Translations under genes and position numbers: made by a program
The notes under the pieces: generated by a model
Seen by the model: the letters and a program-made list of their open reading frames with translations, nothing else
Told to the model about the DNA's origin: nothing
Databases searched by the model: none
From: an uncultured delta proteobacterium
Lineage (GTDB): Bacteria > Desulfobacterota > Binatia > DP-6
Length of the DNA: 64,000 nucleotides
NCBI GenBank assembly: GCA_963815115.1
Contig: CAWFFN010000005.1
Span: forward strand, 576,001-640,000
Reading direction: 5' to 3'
Part shown: positions 29,203 through 39,439 of the stretch, one piece after another
How positions within the stretch are numbered: the stretch's first letter is position 1
Layout of the letters: each line of letters starts with the position of its first letter

Positions 29203-29538
29203 ATGGCGGTCGTGAGGCTGAAGGTCGCGCGGATCGGCAATTCGCGCGGCGTGCGCCTGCCTGCCGCCTCACTGCGGCGCTACCGCATCGGCGGGACGGT
29301 CCTGATGGAGGAGCGGAGCGAGGGCATCCTGCTGCGGCCGACCGGGCCGGCGGTGGAGAAAATGTCGTGGGAGGAGACCGCGCGCGAGATGGCCGCGAGC
29401 CACGAGGACTGGACGGTGTGGGACTCCACGAACGCCGACGGGCTGGACGAGGTGCCCTGGCAGGAAGACCGACCGCGTCGATCCACGGGGCCGGGAAACC
29501 GCCGCCGGGCCACGGCTGGTCCGCGCAGGCGGCGATGA
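29203..29538 (+). CDS. mazE: AbrB/MazE-family antitoxin
   Basis: KVARIGNSRGVRLP...GILLRP swapped-hairpin motif. Confidence 0.88.
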   Translation: MAVVRLKVARIGNSRGVRLPAASLRRYRIGGTVLMEERSEGILLRPTGPAVEKMSWEETAREMAASHEDWTVWDSTNADGLDEVPWQEDRPRRSTGPGNRRRATAGPRRRR

Positions 29539-29855
29539 AACGCTACGAGATCCGTTGGACGGCTGTCGATCCGATCCAGGGCGCCGAGATGGCGAAGACC
29601 CGTCCAGCGGTGATCGTCAGCCTGGACGCCCTGAACCGACGCTTGCAGACGGTGGTGGTCTGCCCGCTGACGAGTCAGTTGCATCCCGCCTGGCGCTCGC
29701 GATTGCCGGTGCGATGCGGCGGTCGTCCGGCGGAGGTCGCCGTGGATCAGATCCGGACCGTGAGCAAGGCCAGGCTGGGTGACAAGGTCGGCTCGCCGAG
29801 CAGGGATGAGGCTGCGGCCCTGCGCCGGGTCATCACCGAGATGTACGGTGAATAG
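29535..29855 (+). CDS. mazF: PemK/MazF endoribonuclease toxin
   Basis: DPIQGAEMAKTRPAVIVS, CPLTS, DQIRTVSKARL; ATGA overlap with the antitoxin. Confidence 0.93.
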   Translation: MKRYEIRWTAVDPIQGAEMAKTRPAVIVSLDALNRRLQTVVVCPLTSQLHPAWRSRLPVRCGGRPAEVAVDQIRTVSKARLGDKVGSPSRDEAAALRRVITEMYGE

Positions 29856-29885
29856 TCGGGCGCGCGGCAAGCGTCTCGTAGGAGC

Positions 29886-30545
29886 CTAGCCACGCGGCCC
29901 GTCGATCTGGAGCAGCAATGTCGGCACGCCTGCGGTGCCCGAGCGCACGGTCGCGACCGTGGTGCCCGGGCGCATGCCGCGACGCACCTCGCTCACGTCG
30001 GTCCCACCCGCGAGGAGGCGATCGCGCCACGCGACCAGATCGGGAACGCGGTAGCTGACGCCGTGGAGACGGTCGCTCCCCGGCTCACCCGCGGGAACCG
30101 GCAGCGGGCAGGCATACTCGAGGGTGATGCCCCCGCTGCGAAAGAAGAGGAGACGAAGGTTGCGCTCCGGAAACTCGCGATCGAGCGCCAGCCGGAGGCC
30201 GAGCCGATCGCGCCAGAGCGCGATGGCGCGCGCCGGATCGACCGTGTGCACCACGACGTGGTCGATGGCCGGCGCCGGCTCGGGGGGGACGGGCGCGTCG
30301 TCTTCCGGCTCGACCACGACGTCGATCCCGTGCGCCGCCGGCACCACCGACTCGCCGGCGTCGGCGACGAAGCACACCGCGCGGAGACCGGGAGCGCCCC
30401 CGCCGACGTCCACCCGCCCGTGTCCCAGCCGGAAACGCATCCCACCGCCGGCGAGCGGGGAGCCCGGAACCTGGAGGAGGAGCTCGTAGGCGCCGGTCGC
30501 CGCCGCCACGTCCTCGCTGCCGATGCGCACGCCGGCGAGCCGCAT
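29886..30545 (-). CDS. VOC (glyoxalase/bleomycin-resistance) family protein
   Basis: IDHVVVHT.D...LGLRL, LEY, SYRVPDL, VRSGT.GVPTLL. Confidence 0.85.
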   Translation of the reverse strand: MRLAGVRIGSEDVAAATGAYELLLQVPGSPLAGGGMRFRLGHGRVDVGGGAPGLRAVCFVADAGESVVPAAHGIDVVVEPEDDAPVPPEPAPAIDHVVVHTVDPARAIALWRDRLGLRLALDREFPERNLRLLFFRSGGITLEYACPLPVPAGEPGSDRLHGVSYRVPDLVAWRDRLLAGGTDVSEVRRGMRPGTTVATVRSGTAGVPTLLLQIDGPRG

Positions 30546-30612
30546 GCCGGATCGCTAGCGCGGGCGGCGCTTTGCAAGCAAGGGCCCGCCCGCTACGTTC
30601 TCGGTCGGTATC

Positions 30613-32790
30613 ATGCGGCGGTGGCTCATCGCGGTGGCGGTCGCGTGCGCGCTGCTCGGCGGCATCCTCGCCGTGGCGGCCGCGAACCTGGGGCGGTTCC
30701 TGGACGCGCAGCGGGAGCGGCTCGTGACGGCGGTGCAGGCGGAGATCGGACGCCCGGTCGAGTTCGGCGGCATCGGCGTCTCGCTCCGCGGCGGTCTGGG
30801 CGTGCGCGTCGCGGACGTGCGCGTGCCGGACGATCCGGCCTGGAGCGATGGGGACGTGCTGCGCGCGGCCGAGGTGCGGGTCGCGATCCGGGTTTTGCCG
30901 GCGTTGCTCGGACGCATCGAGCCCGGACGCATCACCGTGGGCGCGCCCGTTCTCACCGTCATCCGCGACCAGCGCGGCCTGAACCTCGACACGCTGGGGC
31001 CGGAGCCGCGGTCGCGCCGGGAGCGAACCCCCGAGGAGCGCAAGGAGAACCGCTCCCGGGTGCCGCTCGTGCTCGCGCTCCTCGAGGTGCGCGACGGCGA
31101 GATCCACTATCTCGACCGGCGGGCTCCGCAGCCGCAGGAGCTCACGGTTCGCCAGCTCGAGGTCTCCGCCTCGGATGCGAGTCTCACGCATCCCGTCACA
31201 GTCCAGGCGGCGGCCGCGTTGCTCGACGCGGAGCGCCGGAATCTCGAGGTGAAGGGCTCGATCGGGCCGCTCGGCGATCCGCCGGATGCGGCCGTCGTGC
31301 CTCTCGATCTCGAGGTGACGGCTTCACCGGTGGACCTTCCGGCGTTGCGACGGCTTGCCGGCGCTCTCGACGTCGCGCTGCCGGCGCAGCTCTCGGCCGA
31401 CGGACCGCTCGCGCTCCGCGGGCGCGCGCAGGGCACGCTCGATCAGCACTCCATCGAGGCCGGGCTCGACGCCACGAATGCGGCCGTGCGCTGGGGTACC
31501 GACTTCGCCAAGCTCGGTGACCTGCCGCTTCGTGCCGACCTGTCGGGAGTGCGCGACGGCGGCGGGCTCGTGCTGCGCCGTGCGACGCTCCAGCTCGGGG
31601 AAGGGCGGCTCGATGTCGCGGGGACGATGCGGCCGGGCCCTCGTCCCGACGTGGACGTGACCGTCGATTCGAATCGCGCCCCGCTCGCCCAGCTCGCGGC
31701 CTGCATCCCGGCGGTCGCGGGCAGCGAGGTCGGAGGCACCGCGGAGGCCCATCTGACGGTCCGGGGCGAGCTGGCCGGCAAGCCGCTGCCCGCGGTGGGC
31801 GGCACCGTCGCGCTGGCCGACGTGCACGGGCGCCGCCGTCCCGGCGAGCCGGAAGTCTCGAACCTGACGACGGCGCTCGCCGTCGGCGACGGCCTCGTTC
31901 GCATGCCCGCGAGCGCCTTCCGGATCGGGGATGCGCGGGTCGAGGCCGGCGGAACGTTCGCCATGGCCGAGCGCCTCCTCACCGTCGAGCGCGCCAGCGC
32001 GCAGGTCTTCGGTGGTGCGATGGAGGGAACGGGCCGCGTCGATCTTCGGGATCGCCATCGACCGCGCTTCGCGATCGAGGGCACGGCTCACGACGTTGCG
32101 CTCGGAACGCTGCTCGCCGCCCGCGGGAGCGAGCTCGCCGGCCACGTCGACGGACGTCTCGACGCCGCGGCCGCGCTCACGGCCACGGGGAAGGGTGCCG
32201 TCGCCGTGCGCCGATCGCTCGACGGCACCATCCGCCTGGAGGTGCGCGACGGGGCGCTGCGCGGCGTCGACCTGGTCGACGAGATCCTGCGCGGCGCGAC
32301 CGGCGTGGAGCGGATCGCGAATCTGGTGCCGCCCGCCCTGCGGCAGAAGCGTCCGGACCTCTTCGGGACCGCGGACACGCGGTTCGAGGAGCTGCGCGCG
32401 AGCGCTCACATCGCCAACGGGCGAGCGCGGACCGATGATCTGGTGCTGCGGACGTCGTCATACCGCGTCACCGGACGGGGCTCGGTCGGCCTCGACGGCG
32501 CGCTCGACATGACCGCCGTTCTGCTCGCGGGACCGGCGCTCACGGCCGACGTGCTGGCGACCGCGAAGGATGCCCGCTGGGTGCAGAACGATCAGGGGCT
32601 CCTCGAGGTCCCCATCCACCTCGGAGGGCGGCTGCCGCGCATCCGCCCGCAACCCGACCCGGACTTCGTCGCCGGCCTGGTCGCTCGCGTCCTCATGGGC
32701 GGCGGGAAGCACGACGGGAAGAACGCGAAGGGCGGCGGTGGCTCGGTCGAGGATACGCTCCGCGGTCTCGAGCGCCTGTTCCACCGCTGA
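30613..32790 (+). CDS. AsmA-family protein
   Basis: N-terminal anchor, IGRPVEFG, repeated beta-groove segments and an AsmA-like C-terminus (DG.LRG.DL, TRFEEL, G.GSVGLDG.LD). Confidence 0.85.
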   Translation: MRRWLIAVAVACALLGGILAVAAANLGRFLDAQRERLVTAVQAEIGRPVEFGGIGVSLRGGLGVRVADVRVPDDPAWSDGDVLRAAEVRVAIRVLPALLGRIEPGRITVGAPVLTVIRDQRGLNLDTLGPEPRSRRERTPEERKENRSRVPLVLALLEVRDGEIHYLDRRAPQPQELTVRQLEVSASDASLTHPVTVQAAAALLDAERRNLEVKGSIGPLGDPPDAAVVPLDLEVTASPVDLPALRRLAGALDVALPAQLSADGPLALRGRAQGTLDQHSIEAGLDATNAAVRWGTDFAKLGDLPLRADLSGVRDGGGLVLRRATLQLGEGRLDVAGTMRPGPRPDVDVTVDSNRAPLAQLAACIPAVAGSEVGGTAEAHLTVRGELAGKPLPAVGGTVALADVHGRRRPGEPEVSNLTTALAVGDGLVRMPASAFRIGDARVEAGGTFAMAERLLTVERASAQVFGGAMEGTGRVDLRDRHRPRFAIEGTAHDVALGTLLAARGSELAGHVDGRLDAAAALTATGKGAVAVRRSLDGTIRLEVRDGALRGVDLVDEILRGATGVERIANLVPPALRQKRPDLFGTADTRFEELRASAHIANGRARTDDLVLRTSSYRVTGRGSVGLDGALDMTAVLLAGPALTADVLATAKDARWVQNDQGLLEVPIHLGGRLPRIRPQPDPDFVAGLVARVLMGGGKHDGKNAKGGGGSVEDTLRGLERLFHR

Positions 32791-33042
32791 GCCCGGCGGC
32801 CATCCGTATCGAGGCGCCAGCGGATGGCGGCGGCCACGGTCCCAAGCATCCTCGCTCTCCCGCCTGAGTGCCCGCGAGCCGGCCAACTTGGGCTCTAGAG
32901 CGAAAAAGAGCTGACATTTCTATTGACACCGTCGTCATCCGGTCGGTAGACCCCCCATCCGTCGACGGTTCCGGTCCGCGGCCGTGTGGGTCGTGGTCCG
33001 ACCGTCATCGCTGATTTCGGCAACAGAAGGAGAGCGGACGAC

Positions 33043-35745
33043 ATGGCAAACGGACGAAGGGGAACCCGGCTGGCGATGCTCGCGGCGGCCGGCGCGCTGA
33101 TCGCGACGACGGCGGGCCCGGCGCGGGCGGCCATCACGACCGTGCACCTGGGCGATGCCAACGGCGTGGTCGGCATCTACTACAACAGCACCGGCGGAGA
33201 GGTCCCGACCAACCAGGCCTACCTCCGCGCCCAGTTCAGCCCGACCAACACCAACGGCTCGCTGTTCAACTTCGACTCCACACCGCTTCCCGGCACGGGC
33301 GGCGCGCTCAGCTGGTTCGGCCTGTTCCAGTCCGTGCCCAACCAGTTCGGGCTCGACCTCATCGTGAAGGCGCCCACGGCCAATGGCAGCGTCGTGCCGC
33401 CCAGCCTGGTCGCCTACGAGAACACCAACGGAACCATCGCGGGACGTGTCGCCGCCCCCGGCAACGTCACCTGGGCCATCAACGGCTACATCAACGGGCC
33501 GGTCGCCGGACCGGCCGATCCCGCCAACCAGATCGTCAACAGCCTCTTCCGGGGCGGCACGGGCGCCAACTTCGGCAACGACGGCGTGACCCTGAACGTG
33601 AGCAACGTCACGCAGATGGGCACCGTCTTCACGGCCGACATCCAGGGCGAGCTCGAGTCGGACGATATCGTCCACTGGTACAACCCCATGACGGCGAACA
33701 GCCCGGTACAGAACTTCGAGCTGACGGGCCGCTTCCTCTTCTCCGGAAGCCTGATGTACGACAGCGCCGCCGACCCGTATCCGACCGCCGACTACTACGC
33801 CGGTCCGGTCTCGTTGGAGGCCGAGGTCCTGTGCGCCACACGCTACGTCAACGTCAACTCCCCGGGCTCCGACGTGATCGGCTCGGCGCCGAACTTCTGC
33901 CGCTTCTCGGCCTTCCCCTGCAAGACGCTGCAGCGCGCCATCGACCTCGCCTGCCCCGGCGACACGATCGAGGTGGCGGCGGGCACCTATCCCGAGCAGC
34001 TGAAGATCACCAAGAGCCTCACGGTGAACGGCGCGGCCTCGGGTACCATCGTGAAGCCGACGAGCGTCGTCTCGGGGACCGATCAGGGCAGCCCGTGCAG
34101 CGGCAGCCAGGGAACGGCGATCGTGCTCGTCTCCGAGACCTCCGGCGTGACGCTGAACAACCTGAACGTCGACGGCTCGGCGGTGGCCGCGAACCTGCCG
34201 CGCTTCATCGGCATCTACTACCGCAACGCGTCCGGCGCCATCAACGGTGGCTCGGTGAAGGACATCCGGAACCAGCCGCTGGACGGCGTCCAGAACGGCC
34301 TCGGCATCGAGGTCCAGGCCGATGGAGCGCACCCTGCCGCCGTGGTGAACACCAGCAACGTGACGGTGACCGGCTACCAGAAGAACGGCATCACCTACAA
34401 CGGCTGCGGCTGCGCCAATGCGGTGGACGGCACGGCCCAGGGAACGATCACCGGCTGCACCATCACCGGAGCCGGCCAGACGCCCCTGATCGCCCAGAAC
34501 GGCATCCAGGTGGGCTTCGGTGCGGGTCCGGTATCGATCAGCGGCAACAACGTCAGCGGCAACTTCTACACCGGCAACCCGGCCAACGGCACGGGAGCCG
34601 GCGTGCTCGTCTTCTCGAGCAAGAGCAACACGGTGCAGGGGAATACCATCGAGTCGAGCAACACCGGCGTCGACATCGAGGGCGGTGACGGCGTCACCTG
34701 CGATCCGGAGGACAGCACCGGCAACACGGTGACCTGCAACCGCATCGCCGACAACGGCACCGGCGTCCTGACCGACGAGCAGTCCAACTCGTTCTCGAGC
34801 AACGCGATCGTCGGCAACGACACGGGCGCCGACGGCAGCCTGCTCACGTCGGGTTCCCTCGACGCCAAGAACAACTGGTGGGGCTGCGCCACCGGACCGA
34901 ACACCGGGAGCTGCGACACCACCGTGCCTCCGGTCGACTTCTCTTCCTTCGAGACCGGCCCGCCGCTCTGCGTGAGCTGCACGCAGAACTCGGACTGCAA
35001 CAACGGCGACAGCTGCTCCGTCACCGACACCTGCGTGATGGGCGTCTGCACGCTGGGCGGCGGCGGGGACACCGACCTCGACGGTACCTGCAACGCCGAT
35101 GACAACTGCCCCTCCATCGCGAACCCGACCCAGACCGACACGGACATGGACGGCTTCGGCGACGTCTGCGACGCCTGCGTGCTCGATCCGTTGAACGACG
35201 CCGACAACGACGGAGTGTGCGCCAACGTCGACAACTGCCCGACGGTCGCGAACCCGGGCCAGGAGAACCTGGACGGAGACTCCCAGGGCAACGTCTGCGA
35301 TCCGCAGGAAAGCACCATCAACGGCACCCGGCTGCGCTTCAAGAAGAGCACGAAGACGCCGCCGAACGGCAGCGCCAAGGTGAAGGGCGATTTCCTCGTC
35401 CTGCTGCCCGGTGACGTGTTCTCGGCCGCGCAGGGGATCAGGCTCACCCTGTCCGACAGCCTGACGACCTCGGTGAGCCACACCTGGGCGCTCGCCGAGT
35501 GCAAGGTCTCGACCACGAAGATCACGTGCACGTCGCCGGACAAGACCGCGAAGGCGAAGTTCCGCACCTCGTCGAGCGCGAACGGTCTGTGGCGGTTCAG
35601 CGCCACCTACAAGAAGCAGGCGATCACGGGACCGTTCCTCCTCCCGACCCACCTCACGCTCACCTACGGCCTGGCGATCGATCGCCTCGGGACGCTCACC
35701 GATTGCGTCTCGACCTTCTCGGCGATCACCTGCCGGGAGTTCTGA
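33043..35745 (+). CDS. Large secreted protein: unknown N-terminal domain, right-handed beta-helix and thrombospondin type-3 Ca-binding repeats
   Basis: SD AGGAG, signal peptide, TLQRAID..PGDTIEVAAGTYPE, YQKNGI/AQNGIQ helix rungs, NNWWG, and DNCP...NP.Q.D.D.DG.GD.CD repeats. Confidence 0.85.
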   Translation: MANGRRGTRLAMLAAAGALIATTAGPARAAITTVHLGDANGVVGIYYNSTGGEVPTNQAYLRAQFSPTNTNGSLFNFDSTPLPGTGGALSWFGLFQSVPNQFGLDLIVKAPTANGSVVPPSLVAYENTNGTIAGRVAAPGNVTWAINGYINGPVAGPADPANQIVNSLFRGGTGANFGNDGVTLNVSNVTQMGTVFTADIQGELESDDIVHWYNPMTANSPVQNFELTGRFLFSGSLMYDSAADPYPTADYYAGPVSLEAEVLCATRYVNVNSPGSDVIGSAPNFCRFSAFPCKTLQRAIDLACPGDTIEVAAGTYPEQLKITKSLTVNGAASGTIVKPTSVVSGTDQGSPCSGSQGTAIVLVSETSGVTLNNLNVDGSAVAANLPRFIGIYYRNASGAINGGSVKDIRNQPLDGVQNGLGIEVQADGAHPAAVVNTSNVTVTGYQKNGITYNGCGCANAVDGTAQGTITGCTITGAGQTPLIAQNGIQVGFGAGPVSISGNNVSGNFYTGNPANGTGAGVLVFSSKSNTVQGNTIESSNTGVDIEGGDGVTCDPEDSTGNTVTCNRIADNGTGVLTDEQSNSFSSNAIVGNDTGADGSLLTSGSLDAKNNWWGCATGPNTGSCDTTVPPVDFSSFETGPPLCVSCTQNSDCNNGDSCSVTDTCVMGVCTLGGGGDTDLDGTCNADDNCPSIANPTQTDTDMDGFGDVCDACVLDPLNDADNDGVCANVDNCPTVANPGQENLDGDSQGNVCDPQESTINGTRLRFKKSTKTPPNGSAKVKGDFLVLLPGDVFSAAQGIRLTLSDSLTTSVSHTWALAECKVSTTKITCTSPDKTAKAKFRTSSSANGLWRFSATYKKQAITGPFLLPTHLTLTYGLAIDRLGTLTDCVSTFSAITCREF

Positions 35746-35755
35746 TCCATGCCGC

Positions 35756-35790
35756 GGCGGTCCGACCCGGGCTCTCCGGGTCGGGCCGCC
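35756..35790. terminator. GC-rich stem-loop between convergent genes
   Basis: GGCGGTCCGACCCGG-gctct-CCGGGTCGGGCCGCC (15-bp stem with one G-U). Confidence 0.6.
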
Positions 35791-35803
35791 GGCGCGCTCG
35801 CGG

Positions 35804-36838
35804 TCAGCTCGTGCCTGACGGCCGGCCGTTGGGCACGCGCTGCAGCGCCAGGTTCACGATGCGCTGCAGGAGCCCGTCGTACTTGACGCCCGCCTGCTCC
35901 GCCGATTCGGCGAAGTCCTCGCCGTAGGCGAGCTGCGGGTTCGGGTTCGCTTCCAGCACGTAGACGCGTCCCTCGGAATCGAGGCGCAGGTCGATGCGGG
36001 CGTAGCCCGAGAGCTCGAGCACGCGGTAGATGCGCTTGCACAGCGTGCCGATGCGGGCCACCAGCGCGTCGGGCAGGCTCTTGGCGAGGCTGCTCTTGAT
36101 GCCGTGCCGCGTGCGGTAGGCCGCGTCCCACTTGACGCGCTCGGTGGCGATGCGCGGCGCCTCCTCGGGTACCTTGGTGAACAGCAGCTCCCAGATGGGG
36201 AGCACCATGAGCCGCTGGTTGCCGAGGAGCCCGACGTAGAGCTCGCGGCCGTCGATGTAGCGCTCGGCGATGGCGTCGGTGCGCTGGCGCTTGTGGATGA
36301 GGGCGACGCGCTCGGCGAGCTTCTCGTCGTCGTGCACGAGGGAGGTCTGGGCGATGCCGGCCGAGCCCTCCTTGGTGAGCGACTTCACGATCAGCGGGAA
36401 GGCGAGGCGGGTGGGCCGCCGGACCGCGCTGCCCATGCGGAAGACCGCGAACTCGGGGACCGGGATGCGATGATAGGAGAGGAGCTTCTTCGAGATGCCC
36501 TTGTCGCGCGCCAGCATGAGCCCGCGCGAGTTGCAGCCGGTGTAGGGAACGCCGAGCAGCTCGAGGTAGCTCACCACGTTCTGGTCGTAGATCGGGACGT
36601 CGTGGAAGTCCTCGAGCAGGTTGAAGACCGCATGAGGCTGACCCTCGGCGATGGCATTGCGGACGACGCCGAGGTCGCTCCCCACGCCGAGGCACTGCAC
36701 CTCGTGCCCCAGGTTGCGGAGCGTGGTGACGACGTCGAACTCCGTCTTCCACTCGGCTTCGGTCACGTCGACGTCCTTCGGATCGTCGGGCGGGACGAGC
36801 ACCTCGTCCATGAGCGCGAGCAGCCGGAGCTTCTTCAT
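35804..36838 (-). CDS. D-Ala-D-Ala-ligase-like ATP-grasp enzyme
   Basis: LELLGVPYTG, DK, FPLIVK, EGSAGI, ERYIDGRE, YARIDLR and LEANPNP. The canonical Ddl GGxSxE and LHG motifs are absent. Confidence 0.85.
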   Translation of the reverse strand: MKKLRLLALMDEVLVPPDDPKDVDVTEAEWKTEFDVVTTLRNLGHEVQCLGVGSDLGVVRNAIAEGQPHAVFNLLEDFHDVPIYDQNVVSYLELLGVPYTGCNSRGLMLARDKGISKKLLSYHRIPVPEFAVFRMGSAVRRPTRLAFPLIVKSLTKEGSAGIAQTSLVHDDEKLAERVALIHKRQRTDAIAERYIDGRELYVGLLGNQRLMVLPIWELLFTKVPEEAPRIATERVKWDAAYRTRHGIKSSLAKSLPDALVARIGTLCKRIYRVLELSGYARIDLRLDSEGRVYVLEANPNPQLAYGEDFAESAEQAGVKYDGLLQRIVNLALQRVPNGRPSGTS

Positions 36839-37866
36839 AGCGCCAGCCGGTGGCGGCCGCTGCGCACGAAGCGCATCAGCTGCGTCGTGAGCACGATGCC
36901 GAAGTCGAGCATGGTCTGCGCCGCCGAGCGGGTCAGCCGGAGCTTCAGATCCACGGCGCGCTCGATCATGTCGTCGAGCACGAGATCGACGGTGTACTGG
37001 TGCTCGCCGGTGAGATCGGCGACCTTGCGGCGGAGCAGCGGACGCGCGCTGCGCAGGAAGCTGGCGGCGGTCGGATAGCGCGCGTACGCCTTCTGGGTCG
37101 AGAAGACGAGCCGGAGTGCGGCGTCGTACTCGCGCAGGCTGTCGAGCCCGTAGCGCGAGCGTTTCTCGCGGTAGTAGTCTCGCAGCGTGATGCGCAGGCT
37201 GTGCAACGGGTCCACCACCCGGCGTTTGGGGACGAACGGGCGCTTGCCGGCGAGCTCGTGCATCAGGTCGTCGACGTACTCGAGCTTGCGCAGCGCAGGC
37301 CAGCCGGCATAGCGCCGCCGCCAGCTCGAGTTCGGGGTCAGCCACACGGCGAAGGTCTCGGCGAAGTCCTCGTCGGGATGGCTCTGGGCATAGTACGCCT
37401 CCAGATGCAGGACGTAGCGCTTGCTGTAGGGCTTCGGCGCGTAGTGCTGCGGATAGGGCTTGGAGGTCTTGCCGAAGAGCTCCTGGCGCCGGTGGCGGCG
37501 GCGCAGGCGGTAGGCGTTCTCGATGGCGTGCCCGGTCTCGTGGCGCAGGATGCGCATGCACCACTCCACGGTGCCTCCCTCCACCTCGCGCATCTGGCTG
37601 CGCTCGAGCTCGGCGAGGCGCGGGTGGGCGAGATAGAACGGGACGGCGATGCCCGGCACGCCGTCCGGCGTGTACCACTCGTCGGAGATCCAGCAGTGCG
37701 GCCGGAAGCGGAGGTGCTTGCGCTCGAGCTCGCGATAGAGCCGTTCGATGCGCGGCATGATGGGCGAGCGTGCGAGATCGAGGTCGAGGTCGCAGAGGCG
37801 CAGCGCCAGCAGCTTGTGATCCGGCAGCCGGCTCCATGAACGGGGCGGATGAGGGCGTGCGGGCAT
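36835..37866 (-). CDS. Putative zinc-binding metallopeptidase
   Basis: HETGH (HEXXH) and [18 protein letters not shown]; ATGA overlap with the ATP-grasp gene. Confidence 0.85.
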   Translation of the reverse strand: MPARPHPPRSWSRLPDHKLLALRLCDLDLDLARSPIMPRIERLYRELERKHLRFRPHCWISDEWYTPDGVPGIAVPFYLAHPRLAELERSQMREVEGGTVEWCMRILRHETGHAIENAYRLRRRHRRQELFGKTSKPYPQHYAPKPYSKRYVLHLEAYYAQSHPDEDFAETFAVWLTPNSSWRRRYAGWPALRKLEYVDDLMHELAGKRPFVPKRRVVDPLHSLRITLRDYYREKRSRYGLDSLREYDAALRLVFSTQKAYARYPTAASFLRSARPLLRRKVADLTGEHQYTVDLVLDDMIERAVDLKLRLTRSAAQTMLDFGIVLTTQLMRFVRSGRHRLAL

Positions 37867-37938
37867 CGATTTGCCGGACGGGTCGCCCTATTATGCCGTT
37901 TGCCTACCCGGGCGCTCAAACAACTCGAGGAGGTGTGC

Positions 37939-39057
37939 ATGAAGGTGCAGGCCGCGATCTGCTGGGAGCCCCGCCGACCGCTCGAGATCGACGACGTCGA
38001 GCTCGCCCGCCCGCGGTCGGGCGAGTGCCTGGTGCGGCTGGCGGCGAGCGGTGTCTGCCACACGGACGCCTATACCATGAGCGGCCGTGATCCTTCGGGA
38101 CTCTTCCCCGCGGTGCTGGGACACGAGGGTGCGGGCGTGGTCGAGGAGCTCGGGCCGGGCGTCACCTCGCTCGCCGTCGGCGATCACGTGATCCCGCTCT
38201 ACATCCCGGAGTGCAGGCAGTGCCGGTTCTGCCTCTCGCACCGGACCAACCTGTGCGGGGCGCTCCTGGAGACGCAGGGCAAGGGGCTCATGCCCGACGG
38301 CACGAGCCGGCTGTCGCACCACGGGCGGATGCTCCACCACTACATGGGAACCTCGACCTTCGCCGAGTACACGGTCGTTCCGGAGATCGCGCTGGCGAAG
38401 ATCCGCAAGAGCGCGCCGCTCGAGACGGTGTGCCTTCTCGGCTGCGGCGTCACCACCGGGATCGGTGCCGTCCTGAACACGGCCAGGGTCGAGCCGGGAT
38501 CGAGCGTCGCCGTCTTCGGCCTGGGAGGGATCGGCCTGTCGGTGATCCAGGGTGCCGTCATGGCCGGCGCCGATCGCATCATCGCCGTCGACACGAACCC
38601 GCGGAAATTCACGCTCGCGCGCCAGCTCGGTGCGACGGACACCGTCGACCCGGGCCAGGTCAGCGACGTGGTGGCGGCGATCATCGAGCTCACCGGCGGC
38701 GGCGCCGACTACACCTTCGAGTGCATCGGCAACGTCGAGGTGATGGGCCAGGCGCTGCAGTGCGCGCACAAGGGATGGGGTCAGGCGATCATCATCGGCG
38801 TCGCGGGCGCGGGCGAGGAGATCCACGCCCGGCCCTTCCTGCTCGTCACCGGGCGCGCCTGGCGCGGGACGGCCTTCGGCGGCACGCGCGGCCGCACCCA
38901 GCTCCCTGGCATGGTCGACCAGTACATGAAGGGCCGCATCAAGCTCGACGAGATGGTGACGGCGACGATGCCGCTCGCCGACATCAACCGGGCGTTCGAT
39001 CTCATGCACGCGGGCGAGACGATCCGGAGCGTCGTGCGCTACGGCGATCGTCATTGA
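37939..39057 (+). CDS. frmA: S-(hydroxymethyl)glutathione dehydrogenase / class III alcohol dehydrogenase
   Basis: [56 protein letters not shown]; SD GAGGAGG. Confidence 0.95.
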   Translation: MKVQAAICWEPRRPLEIDDVELARPRSGECLVRLAASGVCHTDAYTMSGRDPSGLFPAVLGHEGAGVVEELGPGVTSLAVGDHVIPLYIPECRQCRFCLSHRTNLCGALLETQGKGLMPDGTSRLSHHGRMLHHYMGTSTFAEYTVVPEIALAKIRKSAPLETVCLLGCGVTTGIGAVLNTARVEPGSSVAVFGLGGIGLSVIQGAVMAGADRIIAVDTNPRKFTLARQLGATDTVDPGQVSDVVAAIIELTGGGADYTFECIGNVEVMGQALQCAHKGWGQAIIIGVAGAGEEIHARPFLLVTGRAWRGTAFGGTRGRTQLPGMVDQYMKGRIKLDEMVTATMPLADINRAFDLMHAGETIRSVVRYGDRH

Positions 39058-39067
39058 GGGGTCGGAG

Positions 39068-39424
39068 GTGACGCCCGGCTTCCCGCCGGCCTTCCGCGAC
39101 GGCGTGCGCCTGTTCAATTCGGGGCAGTTCTTCGAGGCGCACGAGGCGTTCGAGGAGCTGCTCGACGACGTGGAGGCCGACGGACGCTGGGACCTGCTGG
39201 TCGCGTTGATCCAGGTGGCCGTCGGCTACCACAAGCTGTCGTCGGGCCACGACGGCGCGGCTCGCATGCTGGGCCTCGGCCACGAGAAGCTGGCGGCGTT
39301 CCCCGACGTGGCCTGGGGCGTCGACGTCGCGGCGCTGCGGGCGCGGGCGGGGGAAGACGTCGGCGCCGCGGCCCCGGCGACGCGTCTCGCGAGCGACCCG
39401 CCACGCATCACCATGCGGCGGTGA
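39068..39424 (+). CDS. DUF309 domain protein
   Basis: GVRLFNSGQFFEAHE.FE, LIQVAVG.H. Confidence 0.85.
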   Translation: MTPGFPPAFRDGVRLFNSGQFFEAHEAFEELLDDVEADGRWDLLVALIQVAVGYHKLSSGHDGAARMLGLGHEKLAAFPDVAWGVDVAALRARAGEDVGAAAPATRLASDPPRITMRR

Positions 39425-39439
39425 CGAGTCGCCGCGGGC

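Noticed and set aside
32790-33042. Possible riboswitch or ncRNA in the long intergenic region
   Set aside because: Only a simple GCCATCCG/CGGATGGC hairpin and a promoter-like motif are visible; I recognise no Rfam consensus, and a covariance-model search would be needed.
35804-36838. Canonical ddl or van resistance ligase
   Set aside because: It lacks the D-Ala-binding motifs and has no mur/fts or van context.
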